Assembly: GCA_964016885.1 (NCBI GenBank) | Contig: OZ024743.1 | Span: 325,066,001 to 325,130,000 of the forward strand | Reading direction: 5' to 3' | DNA length: 64,000 bases | Origin: Eledone cirrhosa | Lineage: Eukaryota | Shown: positions 21,201 through 36,200 of the stretch, in pieces | Numbering within the stretch: the first letter of the stretch is position 1 | Layout: the number at the start of each line of letters is the position of its first letter | Notes under the pieces: generated by a model | The model's database searches: none | What the model saw: the letters and a program-made list of their open reading frames with translations, nothing else | What the model was told of the DNA's origin: nothing | Program-made: the position numbers and the translations under genes

Positions 21201-24200
21201 GTAGCTACAGACCTCTGTAGAGAGACAACAACAATATACAGTGTGTTGTAGCTACAGACCTCTGTAGAGAGACAACAACAATACACAGTGTGTTGTAGCT
21301 ACAGACATCTGTAGAGAGACAACAACAATATACAGTGTGTTGTAGCTACAGACCTCTGTAGAGAGACAACAACAATACACAGTGTGTTGTAGCTACAGAC
21401 ATCTGTAGAGAGACAACAACAATACACAGTGTGTTGTAGCTACAGACTTCTGTAGAGAGACAACAACAATATACAGTGTGTTGTAGCTACAGACTTCTGT
21501 AGAGAGACAACAACAATATACAGTGTGTTGTAGCTACAGACCTCTGTAGAGAGACAACAATACACAGTGTATTGTAGCTACAGACCTCTGTAGGGAGATA
21601 ACAACAACATACAGTGTGTTGTAGCTACAGATCTCTGTAGAGAGACAACAACTACATACAGTGTGTTGTAGCTACAGATCTCTGTAGAGAGACAACAATA
21701 TACAGTGTGTTGTAGCTACAGACCTCTGTAGAGAGACAGCAATATACAGTGTGTTGTAGCTACAGACCTCTGTAGAGAGACAACAACAACATACAGTGTG
21801 TTGTAGCTACAGACCTGTGTTGAGAGACAACAACAATATACAGTGTGTTGTAGCTACAGACCTCTGTAGAGAGACAACAACAACATACAGTGTGTTGTAG
21901 CTACAGATCTCTGTAGAGAGACAACAACAATATACAGTGGGTTGTAGCTACAGACCTCTGTAGAGAGACAACAACAATATACAGTGTGTTGTAGCTACAG
22001 ACCTCTGTTGAGAGACAACAACAATATACAGTGAGTTTTAGCTACAGACCTGTGTAGAGAGACAACAACAATGCACAGTGTGTTGTAGCTACAGACCTCT
22101 GTAGAGAGACAACAACAATATACAGTGTGTTGTAACTACAGACCTCTGTAAAGAGACAACAACAATATACAGTGGGTTGTAGCTACAGACCCCTGTAGAG
22201 AGACAAAAAAAATATACAGTGTGTTGTAGCTACAGACCTCTGTAGAGAGACAACAACAATATACAGTGTGTTGTAGCTACAGATCTCTGTAGAGAGACGA
22301 CAACAATATACAGTGTGTTGTAGCTACAGACCTCTGTAGAGAGACAACAACAATATACAGTGGGTTGTAGCTACAGACCTCTGTAGAGAGACAACAACAA
22401 TATACAGTGTGTTGTAGCTACAGACCTCTGTAGAGAGACAACAACAATATACAGTGTGTTGTAGCTACAGACTTCTGTAGAGAGACAACAACAATATACA
22501 GTGTGTTGTAGCTACAGACCTCTGTAGAGAGACAACAACAATATACAGTGGGTTGTAGCTACAGACCTCTGTAGAGAGACAAAAAAAATATACAGTGTGT
22601 TGTAGCTACAGACCTCTGTAGAGAGACAACAACAATATACAGTGTGTTGTAGCTACAGACCTCTGTAGAGAGACAGCAATATACAGTGTGTTGTAGCTAC
22701 AGACCTCTGTAGAGAGACAACAACAATATACAGTGAGTTTTAGCTACAGACCTCTGTAGAGAGACAACAACAATATACAGTGTGTTGTAGCTACAGACCT
22801 CTGTAGAGAGACAACAACAATACACAGTGTGTTGTAGCTACAGACATCTGTAGAGAGACAACAACAATATACAGTGTGTTGTAGCTACAGACCTCTGTAG
22901 AGAGACAACAACAATACACAGTGTGTTGTAGCTACAGACATCTGTAGAGAGACAACAACAATACACAGTGTGTTGTGGCTACAGACTTCTGTAGAGAGAC
23001 AACAACAATATACAGTGTGTTGTAGCTACAGATTTCTGTAGAGAGACAACAACAATATACAGTGTGTTGTAGCTACAGATTTCTGTAGAGAGACAACAAC
23101 AATATACAGTGTGTTGTAGCTACAGATTTCTGTAGAGAGACAACAACAATATACAGTGTGTTGTAGCTACAGATTTCTGTAGAGAGACAACAACAATACA
23201 CAGTGTGTTGTAGCTACAGACTTCTGTAGAGAGACAACAACAATATACAGTGTGTTGTAGCTACAGATTTCTGTAGAGAGACAACAACAATATACAGTGT
23301 GTTGTAGCTACAGATTTCTGTAGAGAGACAACAACAATATACAGTGTGTTGTAGCTACAGATTTCTGTAGAGAGACAACAACAATATACAGTGTGTTGTA
23401 GCTACAGACCTCTGTAGAGAGACAACAACAATATACAGTGTGTTGTAGCTACAGGCCTCTGTATTGAGACAACAATATACAGTGTGTTGTAGCTACAGAC
23501 CTCTGTAGAGAGACAACAATACACAGTGAGTTGTGGCTACAGACCTCTGTAGAGAGACAACAACAATATACAGTGTGTTGTAGCTACAGACCTCTGTAGA
23601 GAGACAACAACAATACACAGGGTGTTGTAGCTACAGACCTCTGTAGAGAGACAACAACAATATACAGTGTGTTGTAGCTACAGACCTGTGTAGAGAGACA
23701 ACAACAATATACAGTGTGTTGTAGCTACAGACCTCTGTAGAGAGACAACAACAATATACAGTGTGTTGTAGCTACAGATCTCTGCAGAGAGACAACAACA
23801 ATATACAGTGGGTTGTAGCTACAGACCTCTGTAGAGAGACAACAACAATATACAGTGTGTTGTAGCTACAGACCTCTGTAGAGAGACAACAACAATATAC
23901 AGTGTGTTGTAGCTACAGACCTCTGTAGAGAGACAACAACAATATACAGTGTGTTGTAGCTACAGACCTCTGTAGAGAGACAACAATATACAGTGTATTG
24001 TAGCTACAGACTTCTGTAGAGAGACAAAAACAACATACAGTGTGTTGTATCTACAGATCTCTGTAGAGAGGCAACAACAATATACAGTGTGTTGTAGCTA
24101 CAGATCTCTGTAGAGAGACAACAACAATATACAGTGTGTTGTAGCTACAGACCTCTGTAGGGAGATAACAACAACATACAGTGTGTTGTAGCTACAGATC

Positions 24201-27200
24201 TCTGTAGAGAGACAACAATATACAGTGTGTTGTAGCTACAGACCTCTGTAGAGAGACAACAATATACAGTGTGTTGTAGCTACAGACCTCTGTAGGGAGA
24301 CAACAACAACATACAGTGTGTTGTAGCTACAGACCTGTGTTGAGAGACAACAACAATATACAGTGTGTTGTAGCTACAGACCTCTGTAGAGAGACAACAA
24401 CAATATACAGTGTGTTGTAGCTACAGACCTCTGTAGAGAGACAACAACAATATACAGTGTGTTGTAGCTACAGACTTCTGTAGAGAGACAACAACAATAT
24501 ACAGTGTGTTGTAGCTACAGACCTCTGTAGAGAGACAACAACAATATACAGTGGGTTGTAGCTACAGACCTCTGTAGAGAGACAAAAAAAATATACAGTG
24601 TGTTGTCGCTACAGACCTCTGTAGAAAGACAACAACAATATACAGTGTGTTGTAGCTACAGACCTCTGTAGAGAGACAGCAATATACAGTGTGTTGTAGC
24701 TACAGACCTCTGTAGAGAGACAATAACAATATACAGTGAGTTTTAGCTACAGACCTCTGTAGAGAGACAACAACAATATACAGTGTGTTGTAGCTACAGA
24801 CCTCTGTAGAGAGACAACAACAATACACAGTGTGTTGTAGCTACAGACATCTGTAGAGAGACAACAACAATATACAGTGTGTTGTAGCTACAGACCTCTG
24901 TAGAGAGACAACAACAATACACAGTGTGTTGTAGCTACAGACATCTGTAGAGAGACAACAACAATACACAGTGTGTTGTAGCTACAGACTTCTGTAGAGA
25001 GACAACAACAATATACAGTGTGTTGTAGCTACAGACCTCTGTAGAGAGACAACAACAATACACAGTGTGTTGTAGCTACAGACCTCTGTATTGAGACAAC
25101 AATATACAGTGTGTTGTAGCTACAGACCTGTGTAGAGAGACAACAACAATATACAGTGTGTTGTAGCTACAGACCTCTGTAGAGAGACAACAACAATATA
25201 CAGTGTGTTGTAGCTACAGATCTCTGTAGAGAGACAACAACAATATACAGTGGGTTGTAGCTACAGACCTCTGTAGAGAGACAACAACAATATACAGTGT
25301 GTTGTAGCTACAGACCTCTGTAGAGAGACAACAACAATATACAGTGTGTTGTAGCTACAGACCTGTGTAGAGAGACAACAACAATATACAGTGTGTTGTA
25401 GCTACAGACCTCTGTAGAGAGACAACAACAACATACAGTGTGTTGTAGCTACAGACCTCTGTAGAGAGACAACAACAATACACAGTGTGTTGTAGCTACA
25501 GACTTCTGTAGAGAGACAACAACAATATACAGTGTGTTGTAGCTACAGACCTCTGTAGAGAGACAACAATATACAGTGTATTGTAGCTACAGACTTCTGT
25601 AGAGAGACAACAACAACATACAGTGTGTTGTAGCTACAGATCTCTGTAGAGAGGCAACAACAATATACAGTGTGTTGTAGCTACAGATCTCTGTAGAGAG
25701 ACAACAACAATATACAGTGTGTTGTAGCTACAGACCTCTGTAGGGAGATAACAACAACATACAGTGTGTTGTAGCTACAGATCTCTGTAGAGAGACAACA
25801 ACAACATACAGTGTGTTGTAGCTACAGATCTATGTAGAGAGACAACAATATACAGTGTGTTGTAGCTACAGACCTCTGTAGAGAGACAACAATATACAGT
25901 GTGTTGTAGCTACAGACCTCTGTAGGGAGACAACAACAACATACAGTGTGTTGTAGCTACAGACCTGTGTTGAGAGACAACAACAATATACAGTGTGTTG
26001 TAGCTACAGACCTCTGTAGAGAGACAACAACAACATACAGTGTGTTGTAGCTACAGATCTATGTAGAGAGACAACAACAATATACAGTGGGTTGTAGCTA
26101 CAGACCTCTGTAGAGAGACAACAACAATATACAGTGTGTTGTAGCTACAGACCTCTGTAGAGAGACAACAACAATATACAGTGAGTTTTAGCTACAGACC
26201 TGTGTAGAGAGACAACAACAATACACAGTGTGTTGTAGCTACAGACCTCTGTAGAGAGACAACAACAATATACAGTGTGTTGTAGCTACAGACCTCTGTA
26301 GAGAGACAACAACAATATACAGTGTGTTGTAGCTACAGACTTCTGTAGAGAGACAACAACAATATACAGTGTGTTGTAGCTACAGACCTCTGTAGAGAGA
26401 CAACAACAATATACAGTGGGTTGTAGATACAGACCTCTGTAGAGAGACAAAAAAAATATACAGTGTGTTGTAGCTACAGACCTCTGTAGAGAGACAACAA
26501 CAATATACAGTGTGTTGTAGCTACAGATCTCTGTAGAGAGACAACAACAATATACAGTGTGTTGTAGCTACAGACCTCTGTAGAGAGACAACAACAATAT
26601 ACAGTGTGTTGTAGCTACAGACTTCTGTAGAGAGACAACAACAATATACAGTGTGTTGTAGCTACAGACCTCTGTAGAGAGACAACAACAATATACAGTG
26701 GGTTGTAGCTACAGACCTCTGTAGAGAGACAAAAAAAATATACAGTGTGTTGTAGCTACAGACCTCTGTAGAGAGACAACAACAATATACAGTGTGTTGT
26801 AGCTACAGACCTCTGTAGAGAGACAGCAATATACAGTGTGTTGTAGCTACAGACCTCTGTAGAGAGACAACAACAATATACAGTGAGTTTTAGCTACAGA
26901 CCTCTGTAGAGAGACAACAACAATATACAGTGTGTTGTAGCTACAGACCTCTGTAGAGAGACAACAACAATACACAGTGTGTTGTAGCTACACACATCTG
27001 TAGAGAGACAACAACAATATACAGTGTGTTGTAGCTACAGACCTCTGTAGAGAGACAACAACAATACACAGTGTGTTGTAGCTACAGACATCTGTAGAGA
27101 GACAACAACAATACACAGTGTGTTGTAGCTACAGACTTCTGTAGAGAGACAACAACAATATACAGTGTGTTGTAGCTACAGACCTCTGTAGAGAGACAAC

Positions 27201-30200
27201 AACAATATACAGTGTGTTGTAGCTACAGACCTCTGTATTGAGACAACAACAATACACAGTGTGTTGTAGCTACAGACCTCTGTAGAGAGACAACAACAAT
27301 ATACAGTGTGTTGTAGCTACAGATCTCTGTAGAGAGACAACAACAATATACAGTGGGTTGTAGCTACAGACCTCTGTAGAGAGACAACAACAATATACAG
27401 TGTGTTGTAGCTACAGACCTCTGTAGAGAGACAATAATATACAGTGTGTTGTAGCTACAGACCTCTGTAGAGAGACAACAACAATATACAGTGTGTTGTA
27501 GCTACAGACCTCTGTAGAGAGACAACAACAATATACAGTGTGTTGTAGCTACAGACCTCTGTAGAGAGACAACAACAATACACAGTGTGTTGTAGCTACA
27601 GACTTCTGTAGAGAGACAACAACAATATACAGTGTGTTGTAGCTACAGACCTCTGTAGAGAGACAACAATATACAGTGTATTGTAGCTACAGATCTCTGT
27701 AGAGAGACAACAACAATATACAGTGTGTTGTAGCTACAGACCTCTGTATTGAGACAACAATATACAGTGTGTTGTAGCTACAGACCTGTGTAGAGAGACA
27801 ACAATACACAGTGAGTGGTGGCTACGGACCCCTGTAGAGAGACAACAACAATACACAGGGTGTTGTAGCTACAGACCTCTGTAGAGAGACAACAACAATA
27901 TACAGTGTGTTGTAGCTACAGACCTCTGTAGAGAGACAACAACAATATACAGTGTGTTGTAGCTACAGACCTCTGTAGAGAGACAACAACAATATGCAGT
28001 GTGTTGTAGCTACAGACCTCTGTAGAGAGACAACAACAATATACAGTGTGTTGTAGCTACAGACCTGTGTAGAGAGACAACAACAATATGCAGTGTGTTG
28101 TAGCTACAGACCTCTGTAGAGAGACAACAACAATATACAGTGTATTGTAGCTACAGACCTCTATAGAGAGACAACAACAATATACAGTGTGTTGTAGCTA
28201 CAGATCTCTGTAGAGAGACAACAACAATATACAGTGTGTTGTAGCTACAGACCTCTGTATTGAGACAACAATATACAGTGTGTTGTAGCTACAGACCTGT
28301 GTAGAGAGACAACAATACACAGTGAGTGGTGGCTACAGACCCCTGTAGAGAGACAACAACAATACACAGGGTGTTGTAGCTACAGACCTCTGTAGAGAGA
28401 CAACAACAATATACAGTGTGTTGTAGCTACAGACCTCTGTAGAGAGACAACAACAATATACAGTGTGTTGTAGCTACAGACCTCTGTAGAGAGACAACAA
28501 CAATATGCAGTGTGTTGTAGCTACAGACCTCTGTAGAGAGACAACAACAATATACAGTGTGTTGTAGCTACAGACCTGTGTAGAGAGACAACAACAATAT
28601 ACAGTGTGTTGTAGCTACAGACCTCTGTAGAGAGACAACAACAATATACAGTGTATTGTAGCTACAGACCTCTATAGAGAGACAACAACAATATACAGTG
28701 TGTTGTAGCTACAGATCTCTGTAGAGAGACAACAACAATATACAGTGGGTTGTAGCTACAGACCTCTGTAGAGAGACAACAACAATATACAGTGTGTTGT
28801 AGCTACAGACCTCTGTAGAGAGACAACAACAATATACAGTGTGTTGTAGCTACAGACCTCTGGAGAGAGACAACAACAATATACAGTGTGATGTAGCTAC
28901 AGACCTCTGTAGAGAGACAACAACAATATACAGTGTGTTGTAGCTACAGACCTCTGTAGAGAGACAACAACAATATACAGTGTGTTGTAGCTACAGACCT
29001 CTGTAGAGAGACAACAACAATACACAGTGTGTTGTAGCTACAGACTTCTGTAGAGAGACAACAACAATATACAGTGTGTTGTAGCTACAGACCTCTGTAG
29101 AGAGACAACAATATACAGTGTATTGAAGCTACAGACTTCTGTAGAGAGACAACAACAACATACAGTGTGTTGTAGCTACAGATCTCTGTAGAGTGACAAC
29201 AACAATATACAATGTGTTGCAGCTACAGATCTCTGTAGAGAGAAAACAACAATATACAGTGTGTTGTAGCTACAGACCTCTGTAGAGAGACAATAATATA
29301 CAGTGTGTTGTAGCTACAGACCTCTGTAGAGAGACAACAACAATATACAGTGTGTTGTAGCTACAGACCTGTGTAGAGAGACAACAACAATATACAGTGT
29401 GTTGTAGCTACAGACCTGTGTAGAGAGGCAACAACAATATACAGTGTGTTGTAGCTACAGACCTCTGTAGAGAGACAATAATATACAGTGTGTTGTAGCT
29501 ACAGACCTCTGTAGGGAGACAACAACAATATACAGTGTGTTTTAGCTACAGACCTCTGTAGAGAGACAACAACAATATACAGTGTGTTGTAGCTACAGAC
29601 CTGTGTAGAGAGACAACAACAATATACAGTGTGTTGTAGCTACAGACCTCTGTAGAGAGACAAAAATATACAGTGTGTTGTAGCTACAGACCTCTGTAGG
29701 GAGACAACAAGAATATACAGTGTGTTGTAGCTACAGACCTCTGTAGAGAGACAACAACAATATACAGTGTGTTGTAGCTACAGACTTCTGTAGAGAGACA
29801 ACAACAATATACAGTGTGTTGTAGCTACAGACCTCTGTAGAGAGACAACAACAATATACAGTGGGTTGTAGATACAGACCTCTGTAGAGAGACAAAAAAA
29901 ATATACAGTGTGTTGTAGCTACAGACCTCTGTAGAGAGACAACAACAATATACAGTGTGTTGTAGCTACAGACCTCTGTAGAGAGACAGCAATATACAGT
30001 GTGTTGTAGCTAAAGACCTCTGTAGAGAGACAACAACAATATACAGTGAGTTTTAGCTACAGACCTCTGTAGAGCGACAACAACAATATACAGTGTGTTG
30101 TAGCTACAGACCTCTGTAGAGAGACAACAACAATACACAGTGTGTTGTAGCTACAGACATCTGTAGAGAGACAACAACAATATACAGTGTGTTGTTGCTA

Positions 30201-33200
30201 CAGACCTCTGTAGAGAAACAACAACAATACACAGTGTGTTGTAGCTACAGACATCTGTAGAGAGACAACAACAATACACAGTGTGTTGTAGCTACAGACT
30301 TCTGTAGAGAGACAACAACAATATACAGTGTGTTGTAGCTACAGACCTCTGTAGAGAGACAACAACAATATACAGTGTGTTGTAGCTACAGACCTCTGTA
30401 TTGAGACAACAATATACAGTGTGTTGTAGCTACAGACCTGTGTAGAGAGACAACAATACACAGTGAGTTGTGGCTACAGACCCCTGTAGAGAGACAACAA
30501 CAATACACAGGGTGTTGTAGCTACAGACCTCTGTAGAGAGACAACAACAATATACAGTGTGTTGTAGCTACAGACCTCTGTAGAGAGACAACAACAATAT
30601 ACAGTGTGTTGTAGCTACAGACCTCTGTAGAGAGACAACAACAATATGCAGTGTGTTGTAGCTACAGACCTGTGTAGAGAGACAACAACAATATACAGTG
30701 TGTTGTAGCTACAGACCTGTGTAGAGAGACAACAACAATATACAGTGTGTTGTAGCTACAGACCTGTGTAGAGAGACAACAACAATATACAGTGTGTTGT
30801 AGCTACAGACCTCTGTAGAGAGACAACAACAATATACAGTGGGTTGTAGCTACAGACCTCTGTAGAGAGACAGCAATATACAGTGTGTTGTAGCTACAGA
30901 CCTGTGTAGAGAGACAACAACAATATACAGTGTATTGTAGCTACAGACCTCTATAGAGAGACAACAACAATATACAGTGTGATGTAGCTACAGATCTCTG
31001 TAGAGAGACAACAACAATATACAGTGTGTTGTAGCTACAGATCTCTGTAGAGAGACAACAACAATATACAGTGTGTTGTAGCTACAGACCTCTGTAGAGA
31101 GACAACAACAATATACAGTGTGATGTAGCTACAGACCTCTGTAGAGAGACAACAACAATACACAGTGTGTTGTAGCTACAGACTTCTGTAGAGAGACAAC
31201 AACAATATACAGTGTGATGTAGCTACAGACCTCTGTAGAGAGACAACAACAATACACAGTGTGTTGTAGCTACAGACCTCTGTAGAGAGACAATATTATA
31301 CAGTGTATTGAAGCTACAGACTTCTGTAGAGAGACAACAACAACATACAGTGTGTTGTAGCTACAGATCTCTGTAGAGTGACAACAACAATATACAATGT
31401 GTTGTAGCTACAGATCTCTGTAGAGAGACAACAACAATATACAGTGTGTTGTAGCTACAGACCTCTGTAGAGAGACAACAACAATATACAGTGTGTTGTA
31501 GCTACAGACCTCTGTAGAGAGACAATAATATACAGTGTGTTGTAGCTACAGACCTCTGTAGAGAGACAACAACAATATACAGTGTGTTGTAGCTACAGAC
31601 CTGTGTAGAGAGACAACAACAATATACAGTGTGTTGTAGCTACAGACCTGTGTAGAGAGACAACAACAATATACAGTGTGTTGTAGCTACAGACCTCTGT
31701 AGAGAGACAATAATATACAGTGTGTTGTAGCTACAGACCTCTGTAGGGAGACAACAACAATATACAGTGTGTTGTAGCTACAGACCTCTGTAGAGAGACA
31801 ACAACAATATACAGTGTTTGTAGCTACAGACTTCTGTAGAGAGACAACAACAATATACAGTGTGTTGTAGCTACAGACCTCTGTAGAGAGACAACAACAA
31901 TATACAGTGGGTTGTAGATAAAGACCTCTGTAGAGAGACAAAAAAATATACAGTGTGTTGTAGCTACAGACCTCTGTAGAGAGACAACAACAATATACAG
32001 TGTGTTGTAGCTACAGACCTCTGTAGAGAGACAGCAATATACAGTGTGTTGTAGCTACAGACCTCTGTAGAGAGACAACAACAATATACAGTGAGTTTTA
32101 GCTACAGACCTCTGTAGAGAGACAACAACAATATACAGTGTGTTGTAGCTACAGACCCCTGTAGAGAGACAACAACAATACACAGTGTGTTGTAGCTACA
32201 GACATCTGTAGAGAGACAACAACAATATACAGTGTGTTGTAGCTACAGACCTCTGTAGAGAGACAACAACAATACACAGTGTGTTGTAGCTACAGACATC
32301 TGTAGAGAGACAACAACAATACACAGTGTGTTGTAGCTACAGACTTCTGTAGAGAGACAACAACAATATACAGTGGGTTGTAGCTACAGACTTCTGTATT
32401 GAGACAACAATATACAGTGTGTTGTAGCTACAGACTTCTGTAGAGAGACAACAACAATATACAGTGTGTTGTAGCTACAGACCTCTGTAGAGAGACAACA
32501 ACAATATACAGTGTGTTGTAGCTACAGACCTCTGTATTGAGACAACAATATACAGTGTGTTGTAGCTACAGACCTGTGTAGAGAGACAACAATACACAGT
32601 GAGTTGTGGCTACAGACCCCTGTAGGGAGACAACAACAATACACAGAGTGTTGTAGCTACAGACCTCTGTAGAGAGACAACAACAATATACAGTGTGTTG
32701 TAGCTACAGACCTCTGTAGAGAGACAACAACAATATACAGTGTGTTGTAGCTACAGACCTCTGTAGAGAGACAACAACAATATGCAGTGTGTTGTAGCTA
32801 CAGACTTCTGTAGAGAGACAACAACATTATACAGTGTGTTGTAGCTACAGACCTCTGTAGAGAGACAACAACAATATACAGTGTGTTGTAGCTACAGACC
32901 TCTGTAGAGAGACAACAACAATATACAGTGTATTGTAGCTACAGACCTCTATAGAGAGACAACAACAATATACAGTGTGTTGTAGCTACAGATCTCTGTA
33001 GAGAGACAACAACAATATACAGTGTGTTGTAGCTACAGACCTCTGTAGAGAGACAACAACAATATACAGTGTGTTGTAGCTACAGACCTCTGTAGAGAGA
33101 CAACAACAATATACAGTGTGTTGTAGCTACAGACCTCTGTAGAGAGACAACAACAATATACAGTGTGTTGTAGCTACAGACCTCTGTAGAGAGACAACAA

Positions 33201-36200
33201 CAATATACAGTGTGATGTAGCTACAGACCTCTGTAGAGAGACAACAACAATATACAGTGTGTTGTAGCTACAGATCTCTGTAGAGTGACAACAACAATAT
33301 ACAATGTGTTGTAGCTACAGATCTCTGTAGAGAGACAACAACAATATACAGTGTGTTGTAGCTACAGACTTCTGTAGGGAGATAACGACAACATACGGTG
33401 TGTTGTAGCTACAGATCTTTGTAGAGAGACAACAATATACAGTGTGTTGTAGCTATAGACCTCTGTAGAGAGACAACAATATACAGTATGTTGTAGCTAC
33501 AGACCTCTGTAGAGAGACAACAACAACATACAGTGTGTTGTAGCTACAGACCTGTGTTGAGAGACAACAACAATATACAGTGTGTTGTAGCTACAGATCT
33601 CTGTAGAGAGACGACAACAATATACAGTGTGTTGTAGCTACAGACCTCTGTAGAGAGACAACAACAATATACAGTGGGTTGTAGCTACAGACCTCTGTAG
33701 AGAGACAACAACAATATACAATGTGTTGTAGCTACAGATCTCTGTAGAGAGACAACAACAATATACAGTGTGTTGTAGCTACAGACTTCTGTAGGGAGAT
33801 AACGACAACATACGGTGTGTTGTAGCTACAGATCTTTGTAGAGAGACAACAATATACAGTGTGTTGTAGCTATAGACCTCTGTAGAGAGACAACAATATA
33901 CAGTATGTTGTAGCTACAGACCTCTGTAGAGAGACAACAACAACATACAGTGTGTTGTAGCTACAGACCTGTGTTGAGAGACAACAACAATATACAGTGT
34001 GTTGTAGCTACAGATCTCTGTAGAGAGACGACAACAATATACAGTGTGTTGTAGCTACAGACCTCTGTAGAGAGACAACAACAATATACAGTGTGTTGTA
34101 GCTACAGACCTCTGTAGAGAGACGACAACAATATACAGTGTGTTGTAGCTACAGACCTCTGTAGAGAGACAACAACAATATACAGTGTGTTGTAGCTACA
34201 GACCTCTGTAGAGAGACAACAACAATATACAGTGTGTTGTAGCTACAGACCTCTGTAGAGAGACAACAACAATATACAGTGTGTTGTAGCTACAGACCTC
34301 TGTAGAGAGACAACAACAATATACAGTGTGTTGTAGCTACAGACTTCTGTAGAGAGACAACAACAATATACAGTGTGTTGTAGCTACAGACCTCTGTAGA
34401 GAGACAACAACAATATACAGTGGGTTGTAGCTACAGACCTCTGTAGAGAGACAACAACAATATACAGTGTGTTGTAGCTACAGACCTCTGTAGAGAGACA
34501 ACAACAATATACAGTGAGTTTTAGCTACAGACCTGTGTAGAGAGACAACAACAATACACAGTGTGTTGTAGCTACAGACCTCTGTAGAGAGACAACAACA
34601 ATATACAGTGTGTTGTAGCTACAGACCTCTGTAGAGAGACAACAACAATATACAGTGTGTTGTAGCTACAGACCTCTGTAGAGAGACAACAACAATATAC
34701 AGTGTATTGTAGCTACAGACCTCTATAGAGAGACAACAACAATATACAGTGTGTTGTAGCTACAGATCTCTGTAGAGAGACAACAACAATATACAGTGGG
34801 TTGTAGCTACAGACCTCTGTAGAGAGACAACAACAATATACAGTGTGTTGTAGCTACAGACCTCTGTAGAGAGACAACAACAATATACAGTGTGTTGTAG
34901 CTACAGACCTCTGTAGAGAGACAACAACAATATACAGTGTGATGTAGCTACAGACCTCTGTAGAGAGACAAGAACAATATACAGTGTGTTGTAGCTACAG
35001 ACTTCTGTAGAGAGACAACAACAATACACAGTGTGTTGTAGCTACAGACTTCTGTAGAGAGACAACAACAACATACAGTGTGTTGTAGCTACAGATCTCT
35101 GTAGAGAGACAACAATATACAGTGTGTTGTAGCTACAGATCTCTGTAGAGAGACAACAATATACAGTGTGTTGTAGCTACAGACCTCTGTAGAGAGACAA
35201 CAACAACATACAGTGTGTTGTAGCTACAGACCTCTGTAGAGAGACAACAACAACATACAGTGTGTTGTAGCTACAGATCTCTGTAGAGAGACAACAACAA
35301 TATACAGTGGGTTGTAGCTACAGACCTCTGTAGAGAGACAACAACAATATACAGTGGGTTGTAGCTACAGACCTCTGTAGAGAGACAACAACAATATACA
35401 GTGTGTTGTAGCTACAGACCTCTGTAGAGAGACAACAACAATATACAGTGTGTTGTAGCTACAGACCTCTGTAGAGAGACAACAACAATATACAGTGTGT
35501 TGTAGCTACAGACTTCTGTAGAGAGACAACAACAATATACAGTGTGTTGTAGCTACAGACCTGTGTAGAGAGACAACAACAATATACAGTGTGTTGTAGC
35601 TACAGACCTGTGTAGAGAGACAACAACAATATACAGTGTGTTTTAGCTAGAGACATCTGTAGAGAGACAACAACAATATACAGTGTGTTGTAGCTACAGA
35701 CCTCTATAGAGAGACAACAACAATATACAGTGTGTTGTAGCTACAGATCGCTGTAGAGAGACAACAACAATATACAGTGGGTTGTAGCTACAGACCTCTG
35801 TAGAGAGACAACAACAATATACAGTGTGTTGTAGCTACAGACCTCTGTAGAGAAACAACAACAATATACAGTGTGATGTAGCTACAGACCTCTGTAGAGA
35901 GACAACAACAATATACAGTGTGTTGTAGCTACATACCTCTGTAGAGAGACAACAACAATATACAGTGTGTTGTAGCTACATACCTCTGTAGAGAGACAAC
36001 AACAATATACAGTGTGTTGTAGCTACATACCTCTGTAGAGAGACAACAACAATATACAGTGTGTTGTAGCTACATACCTCTGTAGAGAGACAACAACAAT
36101 ATACAGTGTGTTGTAGCTACAGACCTCTGTAGAGAGACAACAACAATATACAGTGTGTTGTAGCTACAGACCTCTGTAGAGAGACAACAATATACAGTGT

